Origin: Lama guanicoe
Lineage: Eukaryota
DNA length: 64,000 bases
Assembly: GCA_013239625.1 (NCBI GenBank)
Contig: MU055744.1
Location: 836,355-900,354, forward strand
Direction: 5' to 3'
Shown in pieces: positions 13,681 to 25,151 of this stretch (positions within the stretch are counted from its first letter, which is position 1; the number at the start of each line of letters is the position of its first letter). A program made the translations under genes and the position numbers. The notes beneath the pieces are model-generated. The model worked only from the letters and a program-made list of their open reading frames with translations. It had not been told where the DNA came from and did not search any database.

Positions 13681-13770
13681 ATTTATTTTGTTTAAGGAGG
13701 TACTGGGGATTGAACCCAGGACCTTGGGCATGCTAAGCACACACTCTACCACTGAGCTACACCCTCCCCC
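13681..13770 (-). mobile_element. tRNA-derived camelid SINE (Vic-1-like)
   Basis: Reverse complement reads GGGGGAGGGTGTAGCTCAGTGGTAGAGTGTGTGCTTAGCATGCCCAAGGTCCTGGGTTCAATCCCCAGTACCTCC with Pol III A and B boxes and an A-rich tail. Confidence 0.85.
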
Positions 13771-14299
13771 ATCCCCAGGCCTTTCTGTAAAAAGAGAAGA
13801 AAATTAGCTTGCTGTTTGAAGGAGAAACCTGCTGGGTGGGAGCCCTGGGGTGGAGGGCCCAGCCTCGGCGGCCCCTCCAGGTGGGATGGCGGCCTCGCTT
13901 TGCTCCCAGCCCAGCCTCACTGAATGGCACACACGTGTGACTCACGCCGCTGGTATTCGCAGGCTGCCTTCAGTGAGCTGGCAGAGGAATCTCAGTTATT
14001 AAAGGCTGTGTAATTACAAGCGCCTCCCCGCAGATGGGCCAGTGCAGGGTGATCCTTTCCTTTCCCTGCCCCCACTTTCTACATTTTTTAATGATATGAA
14101 GCAGGAAGCTGGTCTTGGATTCAAAAGATAAGCTGTCCTTCCAACTTCAAACACCCTGCTTTCATCTGGAGCGTGGACACCCCACCCAAACGCCGTTCTC
14201 TGCAGAGAGGGCAGAAAACTCAGAGCAGAGGTGCCGGAGAGCTGCTCGGGCCTGGTGTCCATCCCACCCAGGGGCCGGCTCCCCAGATCAATTGACCGC

Positions 14300-15720
14300 T
14301 TTCTTGTAAAGAAACAAAGGCAGCAAGAACATGTGAGGGAAGAGCAGAATCTGTTCACAAAACACTAAAAAGATGCCCAAATAACTAAGTCTATTTAGCA
14401 GAATCTGCACAGGGTCCAAACGAAGAGAGCCTTGCAACCGAGTGACAGAAAGTAAGACAGAAAAGAGGAAAGTCCTTGTGGACAGGAGGCAGGTTGAACA
14501 TAAGAAAGTCGTTTGCCATAAAATCGTCTATTAATTCAACTGAATCCTAATGCAAATACCAACAGTGTCCTCGGCGGTGGTGCTGGCGGGCATGTAACAA
14601 ATGATTTTTCAGTTCAAATAAAGTAATGAATTCATGAGGACAGACCAGAACATTCTGCCTCACTGCTGAAGTCACCAAAGCAGACCTCTGCAACATTAAA
14701 GCCACCACATTTAAAACAGCTCAGTTCTGGAGGTTTAAACCCATCCGTGGAAACGAGCAAATCCAGAAGTAACCCCAGAAGGACACGTGGGACCTGAGAC
14801 TGTGATGAATGGGAGGGAGGAGATGGGCTGTCCTGTAAATTATGGTGGGGCAAATGACCAGTCACTTGGAGGAACAAAGCTTCAGGAAGACCCGAATTCC
14901 TACTCTCTCTTTTCACCAGTTGTTCCAGAAGGACAGAGTTTTAAACATGAAAAATAAAACCATAAAAAGCAGGGGGAAACCCACATATGGACTTACCACA
15001 CAATCTTGGAGCAAAAAAAGGCCATTCTTGAAAGTACCCCAAAAAAGTTATACCGGAGAACACTGATTGATTTGAATACATAAAATTTGGAGGTCCTGCA
15101 AAGCACATGCACATACACGTGTACATGCCTGTACAACACACAGACGCTATAAATGCTACCACGTGTATGTGCGTCGTGTGTGCGTGCACATGCACACATT
15201 CATCTGTAAGTATCTCACATTCACATGCAAATTCAAAGGTGACTTCGCAAAAAAACAAAACACAACTTGCTACGGGGTAGACCAAGGCTCAGTTCTCCAG
15301 TAAACCAAGAGCTCATACAAGTCAGAAATTGTATGAAGAGCTGTGAAACCCACCTCAAGCTATTTTGAACTATGATCTCGGCAGGATGTTCATGTTTTTC
15401 AGTACCCAGTATTGGTGATGGTCTGGGGGAAGAGGCAGGCCTGATGCTGGGGGGCGATGCTGATGGGTGTCCCTGCTGGAGGACAATCTGGCCGTTCCAA
15501 TCAACACTTAAAATGCACCCTCAGCCTCTCAGCCAGGAAGTCCTCCGCAGTGACTTGACTTACTTTTACAGAAGCGGCCAAGATACACACAGGAAAGTGT
15601 TTCCAGCCCCCTTGCTTGTAAAGGCAAAAACACTGCAAACAGCAGGGCTGTTGCCCCGACACGTGGGCACGAGCCATGGGTGCAGCTCTAGATGCTTCCC
15701 TGTGAAGTAGGCGCCCTCAT
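14300..15720 (+). mobile_element. Highly diverged L1 (L1ME-like) ORF2/3' fragments
   Basis: A-rich sense text such as 'aattcaactgaatcctaatgcaaatacc', 'gatttgaatacataaaattt', 'gtacccagtattggtgatggtctggggg'. Confidence 0.6.
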
Positions 15721-16711
15721 CCTCCTCGTGATATGCACAAGGAAACAGAGGCACAGAGAGGGTGAGTCACTGCCCGAGGCCACACAGCAGGTGTAGCCTG
15801 GCACAGAACCAGGCGTGGCGGAAGCCACCTCCTGGCTGCCGGTGCTATTCTGATCACGGTGGGAGTGGGCTGTTCTGGGTAACAGTTTCTTTCTTGAAAT
15901 GATTTGCATCATCCTTGGAAAAAGTTTGAGGCCGATTCCACTTACTTAAGCACTCTGACTAACGGCAAATTGTAGGGTAGACCCAGCAGGGCGAGCGGTT
16001 CTGTCAAACAGGCAGATCTGGTGACCCCGCCGCATCCTGAGCAGACCGTCACCACCCTGGAGACCACGGGGAGGTGCCAGGGTCCTGGAAAGGAGCCCAG
16101 GGCGGCCACAGGCACGGCAGATTCCAGACAAGGGGCTTTTCCCTCCCAAGCAGAGCTGCAGCCCCTCCCGACTGCGGGAGCCCAGCCAGGTGGGCCAAGC
16201 AGCCCCTCTCCCTGCACGGAACATTGCACCCCAATGAGGCCATTTCCAGGAAGTCCTCTGAAGCAAGCCATAAAGGGCGGGAGCGTCCCCCTCCTCTGGG
16301 TTCCGGCTCTGGAGCCGCCCGGACGTGCTCCCCACACCCTTGGCAGAGGTTCAGGGGGATTTTTCCCTCTAGTTGAACCAGCGAATCAATAGGGGGCTTG
16401 TCCTGCAGGTGAGGTGTGGGTCGCTGGGTCACTGAAGGCCAGAGTGGAGGTCACTCTGGGGACAGGGCCGGGGCGAGGTGTGGCGGCCTCAGTTCCCGGG
16501 GACTACGAATAAGGTATTAACAAACGTCTCCCGTGTCCACGTCCTTGGGTCCTTCCACCCAGGGAGGTTCCAGGACCTGCCACCCCAGAGCCACCCCTAG
16601 ACCAACCCAGGGTCCTCACAAGTGGTGAGGGGAGGCCACCGGGGGCTGCCGTAGGGGGCCCTAGAGGGAGTGGCCTGGCCCAATGGCAGGGAGCTCGGGG
16701 CTCACTCTCCA

Positions 16712-17217
16712 TGAGGCGGGAAGCCCCATAAAACAGACCGGCAGGACCCCCAGGCAGGGCCACTACCCTCCTGCCCGCACCATCCAGTTCCCTGGCCCAG
16801 CGGCTTTATCTCACTCTTTGCCTCTGAAACAGCTTACTTCTAGGAAAGTGGAACTTATCCCTAAAATTCTATTGGTTCCCTGAGCTAACTCCTGATTGGT
16901 CTATTTGTAGTGCTTCATTTGCATGGAGCTCACTCCCGATTGGTTATTTCTCCCTCCTGATTGGTCCGTTTCTACAAAGCTTGTTCCTAATTAGTCAACT
17001 TTTGTTATACCTCATTTGCATATGATGTTGCAAAGTGTAGACTGGCAGCCTATAAAGGCCTGTGTAAACCTACAAACGGGGTCCAGAGCTTGGAGTGTTA
17101 GCTCCCCTAGGCCTGCTGGTGTAATAAACCTGAGTTCTCCAACTCTGAGCGCTGCTTGGTCTCTCACCCGGATCCAGGTTGTTGTAGCACTGAGCTATAA
17201 CGCACTTTTCTGCAACA
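16712..17217 (+). mobile_element. ERV1 (gammaretrovirus-like) solo LTR, 506 bp
   Basis: Starts TG (tgaggcggg) and ends CA (tgcaaca); 4-bp TSD TCCA at 16708-16711 and 17218-17221; 4 ATTGG boxes, 2 ATTTGCAT octamers, TATAAA 17051, AATAAA 17123. Confidence 0.9.
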
Positions 17218-18329
17218 TCCAGACAACTGGTCCGCCCTTCCCACCACGCATGACTCCCCAGTCCCAGGAGAAGAGCCAGCAGGGAGCGGGCAGCAGATTA
17301 GAGTCCACTGCTCCATTGATACGGAAATCGTTGTCCATAATTATCCCCAGTTCAGCCATGACCACCTCGTGCATTACAACTGACGTCCCTTCTGGAAAGC
17401 CAGAGTCAAAAACAGTGAGAGGTGGAGGCGTGGGAACAGACAGCCTCGAGGCTGGGCCTGGATGCGGCCCTCCACTCCGCAGGGGTCTTGGCGATCCCTG
17501 CCCACGGTCCTCAGTATCCCCAGATGAGGAAGGCCTGGGTCAGAGTTCTCAGGGCTTTTCAGCTGGGCCTTCTTCCCCTCCACCGTGTCCCAGGCCTCTT
17601 TGGGCATCTCCACCGGTGGCAGGACCCAAGGGGAGCAGAGCCCAGCCGGTCACGTTGAGGCCACGGAGGGACAAGGAGGAGGCTGGGTAAAGGGGGAGGG
17701 AGGGCTGGACAGCACCCACGGGCAGGATGCCAGCAGGCCCAAGGCTCGCAGCTCGGGGGAAGGGCCCGGGGAGGAGGCCTGGGCCTGGGCAGGCAGGCAG
17801 ACAGAGGCGCCCCAGCCCAGCCCCCGCGACGTCCCAGAAAGCCCGGCCCGGCCAGCGGGGGACCGAGCAGCCCTGGCCCAGCTTCAGGGCCGAGTCCCCT
17901 CTCCCACGGCCACAGCTGGGCAGCAGCTGTTTGCTTCGGAGACCTCCCCCGCTCCCCCGCAACATCCTTCGCTTCCAGTGCTTTTTGCTCCAGTTGGAAT
18001 TCCGCTCCAAATGGTAAACATTTTATCTCCATCTGTGAGGCTCCCATGCGGATGACTTTAACACAACATGGAAAATAAATACCTTTTGCTCCTCCGCTGA
18101 GGACGGGAGTCAAGAGTTGAGAAGATGAGTCGGCTGTGCAGCCAGAGGGCAAGCTTCTGGCAAAACACTCCGCCTTCCTCTGGACCACAACCAATGAAGG
18201 GAGCCTGCCCCCACCTCAAGGGCCCCCTCTGGGGCTGGGAGATGATGGCATCATCAGAGTCAGGACACAGGGGTCCACTCAGGAGTTTTGTTTCTATCCC
18301 GTCTGGCCCAGAGCCCCCCACGGAGGGGG

Positions 18330-18500
18330 GCACAGCGCTTGCCACTGAAGACCTGGGAAGCTGCTTCCTCGCTGAGCAACCTTGGGAAAGTCACTTCCCC
18401 TCTCTGATCCTTGTTTTCCCCGTCTGCAAAGTGGAAGTAAGGGTTGAACCCACTCCACAGTTTGCTGCAAGCACTGAATAAGGTGAAGCTTACATAACGC
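18330..18500 (+). mobile_element. MIR SINE fragment
   Basis: 'ccttgggaaagtcacttcccctctctgatccttgttttccccgtctgcaaagtgg' matches MIR core. Confidence 0.65.
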
Positions 18501-20899
18501 TTAGCCCACTGCTCCCGCTGTTGCTGTAGGAGCAGCTAGAATTATGGAATCTTAGAGACGCAGCCCATCTCCTCGGTTGACAAAAACACGCTTGGTTTGC
18601 TCACTGAAGCGACGGCCGCTATGTGCGCCAGGGACTGCGGACACCGCAGGGGTGCGTGCCGAGCCCCAGTGCAAACCCGCGCGTGTACCAGCACTCCGCA
18701 GCCCAGAGCCGCTGGAAGGTCAGCCCCTCAGGTGTCATCTCCTCGTGAGAGGAAGTCAGGTCCCCGCCCGGCTGCAGCTGCCCTGAGCGTGCAGTCCCGA
18801 GGGTCCGCCCCGACAGTGCCTGCCCAGAGTCCCTTTACGGGACGAGGGACAGGGCCTCTGCAGCTCACCCTGGGCCCACCGGCCGCTGAGCAGAGCTGAC
18901 ACCTGTGAACAGCTGCTCATAATGCGGTTTTCATTAATTTCCTGGAAGATGGAACTTTCGTTTCCACGTGATCCATTTTGGGAGACCTGGGAAGGAGGAC
19001 CCAGTGCAGAGCTGACCTCCGTGGTCCCAGCACCCTTGTTTCCATTTATTCCCACACTATTTGTTTAATCGTCTCCAGCCTGTGTCCAGTGCTCTGGCTC
19101 CGAGCATTTCCTGGGGGTGAGGACCGGACTTGCAGCCGCTCAGAGCTGGCGGGCGTTGTGACCCCACGAAGGACCGCAAGGCCCCTCCAATGGGTGGACA
19201 TCACATCACTTCTCTAGAATGTGCTTCGAGCCGTCCCAGAACACCCGTTCCAGGGAGGGGACCGCTGCAGTCCAGGAGGCCCAGGAGCAAGACTCAAAAT
19301 GCGCAGCAGGATCACCGCGTTTGGATGGACACTGTCCGCCTGGTTCCAAGTGTTCCGCGTTCCTTATTTTCTTCAGGCTTCCATGAAACCTCTAATAAAT
19401 GATAGGACACGGGGTCATTTTCAGTGTGAGGCCAGGGCGTGGGTGGGATGAAGTCAGGCGCTGGGCTGCTGGGCTCCCCAACACGGAGGGGCTGCCCAGC
19501 GCTGCCCCTTGCGAGGGAGAGCATGGCCGGGCCTCCGCCCCCTGCAGGGGGGCCCGTCCCCGCGGCTGCCCGGGGCACAGGCGGAGGGCTGCGGGCTCCC
19601 TCCTCCGCTTCCAGATGTGCCTCCAGCTAAAGCCCCGTGGGCGGGCGATGGCCGTGCGTGGGGGGGGGCCCAGACTCGCTCACTCAGAGCACTTTAAAAT
19701 GTTGCCGGATGATGGGCCCTGCAGCTCAGCCTTCAGACGCGGGCGCTCTGGGCTCGACCGCCCCACGCTGGCCGTGTGAACGGGGCAGGTCCCGGATCCT
19801 GCCTGCCTCGTTTTCCCTGTCTGTAAAGTGAAATTCGTAAGAGCACCCGTCTCGTGGGACTGTCATATACAAAATGAGCTAAAATTTGCAGAGTGTTTGA
19901 AAGGGATCGAGGCACATGGCAAACTCTTCAGAAGTGCTGATTACATTAAGAAAACACATAAGAAAGGAGAGCAGGTCCAGGCCGGAGAGAGCGCCCAGGA
20001 GCCGCGGGGGAGCCCGGGGCCTCGACTCACAGAGAAGGAATCAAGGACTCAGAGACCTGGGGGCCCAGCTGGTGGGCAGGAGTGGCCTTGAACACGCTCT
20101 GCGAAGGAGCAGGGAGGTGGCCCCTGCTCCCCAGCACCAGCGTGCTCTGGGGGAGGGGAGCATGGAGCCCCTCCCCAGGGTCACAGCACCTACTCTGCCT
20201 GCCCCAGGAGGCCCTGCAGGGGTGCAGAGCGCACAGATAACTGTGAAGTCTCACCAATGGCCCAGTGGCGGCCCAGCCTGCACGCCCCAGCTTTGGACCT
20301 CAGATGGGGTCCCTGCTCTAATAACCGGGGTGCTAAGGCAGCACCTTTCACCCCAGGACACCCCTGTCCACATGCCCAGACCCACCCAGCTCACCAGGGC
20401 CTTGCTGCAGGCTGGGAGGCTGAGTCCCAGCTTCGGGGGCTCTGAGGCCACTCCCCCCAGGCCAGTGCCCACTCCTCCGAGCCCCAGACGCAGCTTGCTC
20501 TTGCTGTTTGTTTTAGGCCAGATAAACTCAGTGTGAAGTGCCTCTAAACACCAGGAAGTTAGAGCAGCGCCACGCAACAGACCGTCCTGGGTGACTGGGA
20601 GGTCCCACCGCTGCCCCGTGCAGCTCAGGGGCCCTGGACAGACACACGGGGCTCAGGGCCCTGCAAACGTGAGCAGTAAGCCTGGAAGCTGCGGGTTTAA
20701 TCGAATTCGATCGCAGTTCGTGGTGGTTTAATTAGGCACCCGTGACACCGGGCAGCACAGGCCTAGGGACGGTGACTCAGACGCCGTGAACCTCAATGTT
20801 TGTGAAGTTCCTGTGCAGTTGCAGTTTCTCCAGAAACAGAGCTGGAGAGGGGACTGCAGGGCAAGCTGCCCGTCTGAAGGATGGAGAGGCCTCTGGGGG

Positions 20900-21340
20900 C
20901 GGGGGCGCGGGGAACGGAGCCGACTCCCACGGGAAGTGGAGACGGGCCGAGCCCAGGCACCCACAGGGCCACAGCAGCTGACCGTGATGGATGGGCGGAC
21001 CCTGTGGGGGCTGCCCACACAACGGAGTGTCATTCAGCCACATAAAGAGGTGAGATGCTGCAGTGTGTCAGCTACAGTGTGGACGTGGTGCCGAGGGGAG
21101 CAGCCAGACGCACAAGGCCGCACGTCGTGTGATTCCATCCGTAAGGAATGTTCGGAACAGGCAGATCCTTAGAGACGCAAGTAGACTGTGGTTGCCGGGG
21201 CTGAGGGGGAGTGATGGGTACAGGGCTCAGTTGGGGTGACAGAAATGTGCTGGAACAAGATGAGGGCCATTGTTGGACAACATTTGAATGTGCCAAATTC
21301 CACTGAATTGCTCCCTTTAAAAGGGTTAAATCTCACCTAG
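20900..21340 (+). mobile_element. L1MB/MC-like 3' end
   Basis: 'gtgtgattccatccgtaaggaatgttcggaacaggcagatcc', 'ggttgccggggctgagggg', 'gtgccaaattccactgaattgctccctttaaaagggttaa'. Confidence 0.75.
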
Positions 21341-21679
21341 AAAACCAAGTCTTCCTGAAGCCAGTTCTCACAGCAGGTGACTACGGGGTGCAACCCTACA
21401 GGGGCACTTGGGGAAAATGGTCCAGAATGACCGTCCCTGAGGGTAGGGAGCTGGGGTGTTTATATACCACCCTGGGGCGAGGCATCCCTGCGGACATCGG
21501 AGGAGGACACTGAAAGGGGAGGGCTTGGCGGACGCGGGCGGGCACACGCTGCTGCCCACGCTCTTTATAATAATAGTGGTAATGAAACAGCCCAGACCAG
21601 CAACGCCCCTCTGTGCCCCGCCAGATCCCCTCCCCGCCAGAGATCACCTTTCTCCTGAATGCCAGGTCCATCGTTCACC

Positions 21680-22165
21680 CGTGCGGCAGACGAGCGAGGC
21701 CCCAGAGATGCTGCCATTCCTGGACCCTGTGACTGTATCGCCTTCCCTGGCAAAGGGGACTTTGCCGACGATTAAGTTCAGGATCCTGAGACGGGAGATT
21801 ATCTCGGATGATGCAGGTGGGCCCAGTACCACCCCCAAGGGTCGTTACTGAAGGGGAGCAGCAGGGTCAGAGTCCGAGAAAAGACATGAGGACAGAAGCC
21901 GAGGCCGAAAGAGAGGAGACACCACCCGCCCTGGGCATGGAGGAGGGGCGGGAGCCGAGGGACCCGGGCGCCTCCTGGAGCTGGGAAGTCGGGGAGCAGG
22001 CGCTCCCCAGGAGCCCCCAGGAGGAACCAGCCCTGCTGACATCTTGATTTCAGTCCAGTGAGACTGACTTGGGGCTTCTGACCTCCAGAACTGTAAGATC
22101 ATACGTGTGTGTCGTTTTAAGCCACTGAACCCGCGGGGACCTGTTGCGGCAGCAGGAGGTGGGTG
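21680..22165 (+). mobile_element. MaLR LTR (MLT1D-like)
   Basis: 'gggagattatctcggatgatgcaggtgggccc', 'ccctgctgacatcttgatttcagtccagtgagac', 'gacctccagaactgtaagatc...ttttaagccact'. Confidence 0.85.
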
Positions 22166-23169
22166 TTCATGATGGGAGCGGTGGTGGCCCCACTCTCTCC
22201 CATGTGCCTTCCTCCCTCCATCACATGTCACGTGCATCCCTGCGGCTACATGGGACCCTTATCCGTCATTTTGCTGCAGGGTGACATTCTGCCCCGCGGG
22301 CCACCACAGTTCATTCGTCCGGTCGCCATCAGCGGGCGGTGAGCTGTTTCCACGCCCTGGGTTGTCAGCAGTACCGTCATAAACATTCCATCTCCTCCGT
22401 CCTGTTTTGTAGACCAGGGTTTCTCTGGACTCATATGTCCCGGTATTTATTTATTCCACAGATGCCTGCTGAGCATCTGTGTGCTAGCTGGTTGCTAGGA
22501 ACACAGCCGGGCAGGAGCTGGGCTCCAAACGCAGCTGGCCCACCAGCCGCACCCCAGGGGACACAAGGCAGACCTCGGGGGCTCCCTGGCGCCCCTTCAC
22601 CAGGCCTCCTGCGAGAAGACCTCCTCTCCACCCCCCAGCACCCCCACAGTACCCCCAGGAAGCCCTCCCTGCCCGCCTTCCTCAGGAGGCTGAGCCTTCT
22701 TCCACGTGCCCTGGGGCAGGTGGGCGGGACCTGAGCTACGGTCTGGAACCCGCTGTTCTCAGCATCCATGTCTCTGCCCCAGTTACAAGACAGGCCAACG
22801 CCACTGTCAGACCAGGGTGTCTCAGGCGGGGCCCTCGGGGCCATAACGACGTATCACACAGGTGTGAGGCTGCCCCAGGCCCCCCGGTAAGGTGTGCTCC
22901 TCTTCCACCCGTCCTCTGAGAAGTCATCCCAGTGAAGCTAATGATGTCCCCGTTTTATAGACAAAGACCCTGAACTTAGAGAGGAGGGGTCACCTGCCCA
23001 GGTGACCCAAAGGTGGGCTGAGCATTGACGGCCCCGCCTTCACTGCTCTTCTGCCCAAGAACTTCCAGCTCCAAAGGGCTGAAGTCTGCCCAGGACCACC
23101 CTCAGGGCAGCGAGCAGAAGGGGGATATGTGGATGGTGGGGACAGAGGAGCAGGAGAAACACCAACAAG

Positions 23170-23765
23170 TGTAAAACTGTGCAGCCATCACAGAAAACAA
23201 AGCTACACATAGAGTTCCTAGGTGACCCAGCAGTTCCTCTCCTGGGTTCAGATCCAGAGGACTTGGAAATGGAGACTCAAAGCCATGTCCACACAGGCTC
23301 ACAGCAGCACGTCTTTCCTACACACCCCAAGGTGCAGACCCACGCATCCACCAACGGATAAAGCGTGCTCTATCCCTATGGTGGAGTAGTATTCAGCCAT
23401 AAAAAGGAATGAAACACTGATTCGTGGTACCACTTGGATGAATCTTGAAAACACGATCCTAAGGAAAGAAGCCAGACACAAAAGGGCAAATATTCTAAGA
23501 TTCCATGTACATGAAATATCTAGGATAAGCGCATTCATGGAGACAGAAGGCAGACTGGAGGTGACTAGGGGCTGGGGGAGGAGTGACTGCTTAACAGGGA
23601 CAGAGTCTCTGTTAAGGGTGATGAAAATGTTTTGAACATAGACAGTCGTGACGGTTGCATGGCATTGCCAGTGTAATAACTGCCACTATTAGCGCATATT
23701 AAAATGGGCACAATTTTTGGTATGTGAAGTATATCTTAATAAATCTGTCTTAAAAAAGAAAAGAA
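23170..23765 (+). mobile_element. L1MB/MC-like 3' end with A tail
   Basis: 'tattcagccataaaaaggaatgaaacactgat', 'ttggatgaatcttgaaaacacgatcctaaggaaagaagccagacacaaaagg', AATAAA and A-rich end near 23740-23765. Confidence 0.85.
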
Positions 23766-24552
23766 CCACCAGAAACATTCCACCCCTCTGGCCCATAACA
23801 CTTACCCAGTCCTGTCCTTGCTCTGGTTGCAAAGCTCACATCGCCAGCACACAGGATGCACAGTGCTCTTCTCGGTGGGTGGACGGAAAGGGGTGGCGGG
23901 ACAGGAACAACGTGGGACTTTCCTCCGCATCAGGTGCCACTGCCCCTTGACCTCTGTGTGACCTCAGCAGGTGAGGTGACCCAAGCCTTCACCTGCCAAG
24001 GATCTGGGCCTCAGGGGCCCTCCCTTGTTTTCTTCCCCTAACTTTCTTATGTAAGCAGCACAGCCTGGGTTTGAGATAGTCCTCCAAGCGTCAATGTCTT
24101 TTTCCTGGCAAGTTTAGTCCTTTACGTTTAGTGTGATGATGGTGCATTTGATGTCACTCTGTCTCCCCTGTGCTTTCTATTCATCCTGACCTGTCCAGGC
24201 TCCCCCCGACCCTGTCCTGCCTTCTAGGGGCTGAGAGTCTCCTCCATTCCTGTTTCCCCCTCTGCTGCTTCTTCCGCTCTATTTCTGTTTGTTTTCAGCC
24301 GTTAGCCCTGTAGGTTTGGCATGTCTACCTAAGCTGGGAATTGATTTCTCTACCTTTCTCTGAAACAAGGAGAAGGATCTGAAGTACTTCCACTCCTGTC
24401 AGCTCCTCCCACCTTTCTTATTATTCTTGCCCAGTATTTTAGTTCTAGCTTTTTATCCCCTCGAATGAGATTGGCTTCCTGCAGTCACAGGGGGTGAGGC
24501 TGACGGGCTGAGTCTCTTCCTTTGCTGTTGCTTCCCTCCAATGGTCTGGCCG

Positions 24553-24632
24553 TGAGTGTGTGTGCGTGCACTGTGCGTGCGTGTGTGTGTGTGTGCACAC
24601 GTGTGAGCATGTGCACGTGTGTGTGCACGTGT
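24553..24632. repeat. Degenerate (TG/CA) alternating purine-pyrimidine tract
   Basis: gtgagtgtgtgtgcgtgcactgtgcgtgcgtgtgtgtgtgtgtgcacacgtgtgagcatgtgcacgtgtgtgtgcacgtgt. Confidence 0.8.
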
Positions 24633-25135
24633 AGGAGTGCCCATGGGACGGGGAGGCCCCTTTGCCTGCAGGGGATGCGGGTTGTGCCAGAGTACCCCTG
24701 CCCTCCCTCCGCGGCCTCCAGCACAGTCTCCATCCGTGTTTGGTAAACACGTGGGAAACTGTAAACACAGCCTTTGCAGAGCATTCCTTCCTCGGCTCCT
24801 TCTCCCTCTGGATTCGGCTCTTCCCCCCCCGAGTCTTACCCTTCCGTTCAGTGAGGGTGTGCGGAGGTGCTCTCAGTCCTGTGTGTCTGGAGTTGTCTGC
24901 ACCCACCGGTTTTAAATGGCACTTCACGGGACGCGGTGGGAGGGGCAGTCGCTTGGGGCACTTTGGAGACGTTTGCTCCTCGCTCTGGCTTCCCGTGGTT
25001 ATCAAGTTAGTTGTCAGCATGGTTGTCCTTTGACAGGGACTCGGTCCTTCCCGCCTGCCTGACTACATGGGGCCGTCTCTGCGCTTCGAGCACGTTTCCC
25101 GCCGCGGGTCCGAGGTGTCTGCCTCCTAGCTGCCC

Positions 25136-25151
25136 NNNNNNNNNNNNNNNN
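25136..25151. other. Assembly gap (16 N) flanked by C runs
   Basis: Direct reading. Confidence 0.99.

Noticed and set aside
13695-13770. tRNA gene (A/B boxes, anticodon-like loop); same at 40870-40944
   Set aside because: Followed by SINE-type tails and diverged from a clean cloverleaf; these are tRNA-derived SINEs
20700-20711. 12-bp perfect palindrome ATCGAATTCGAT
   Set aside because: Palindromes of this length are expected by chance in 64 kb
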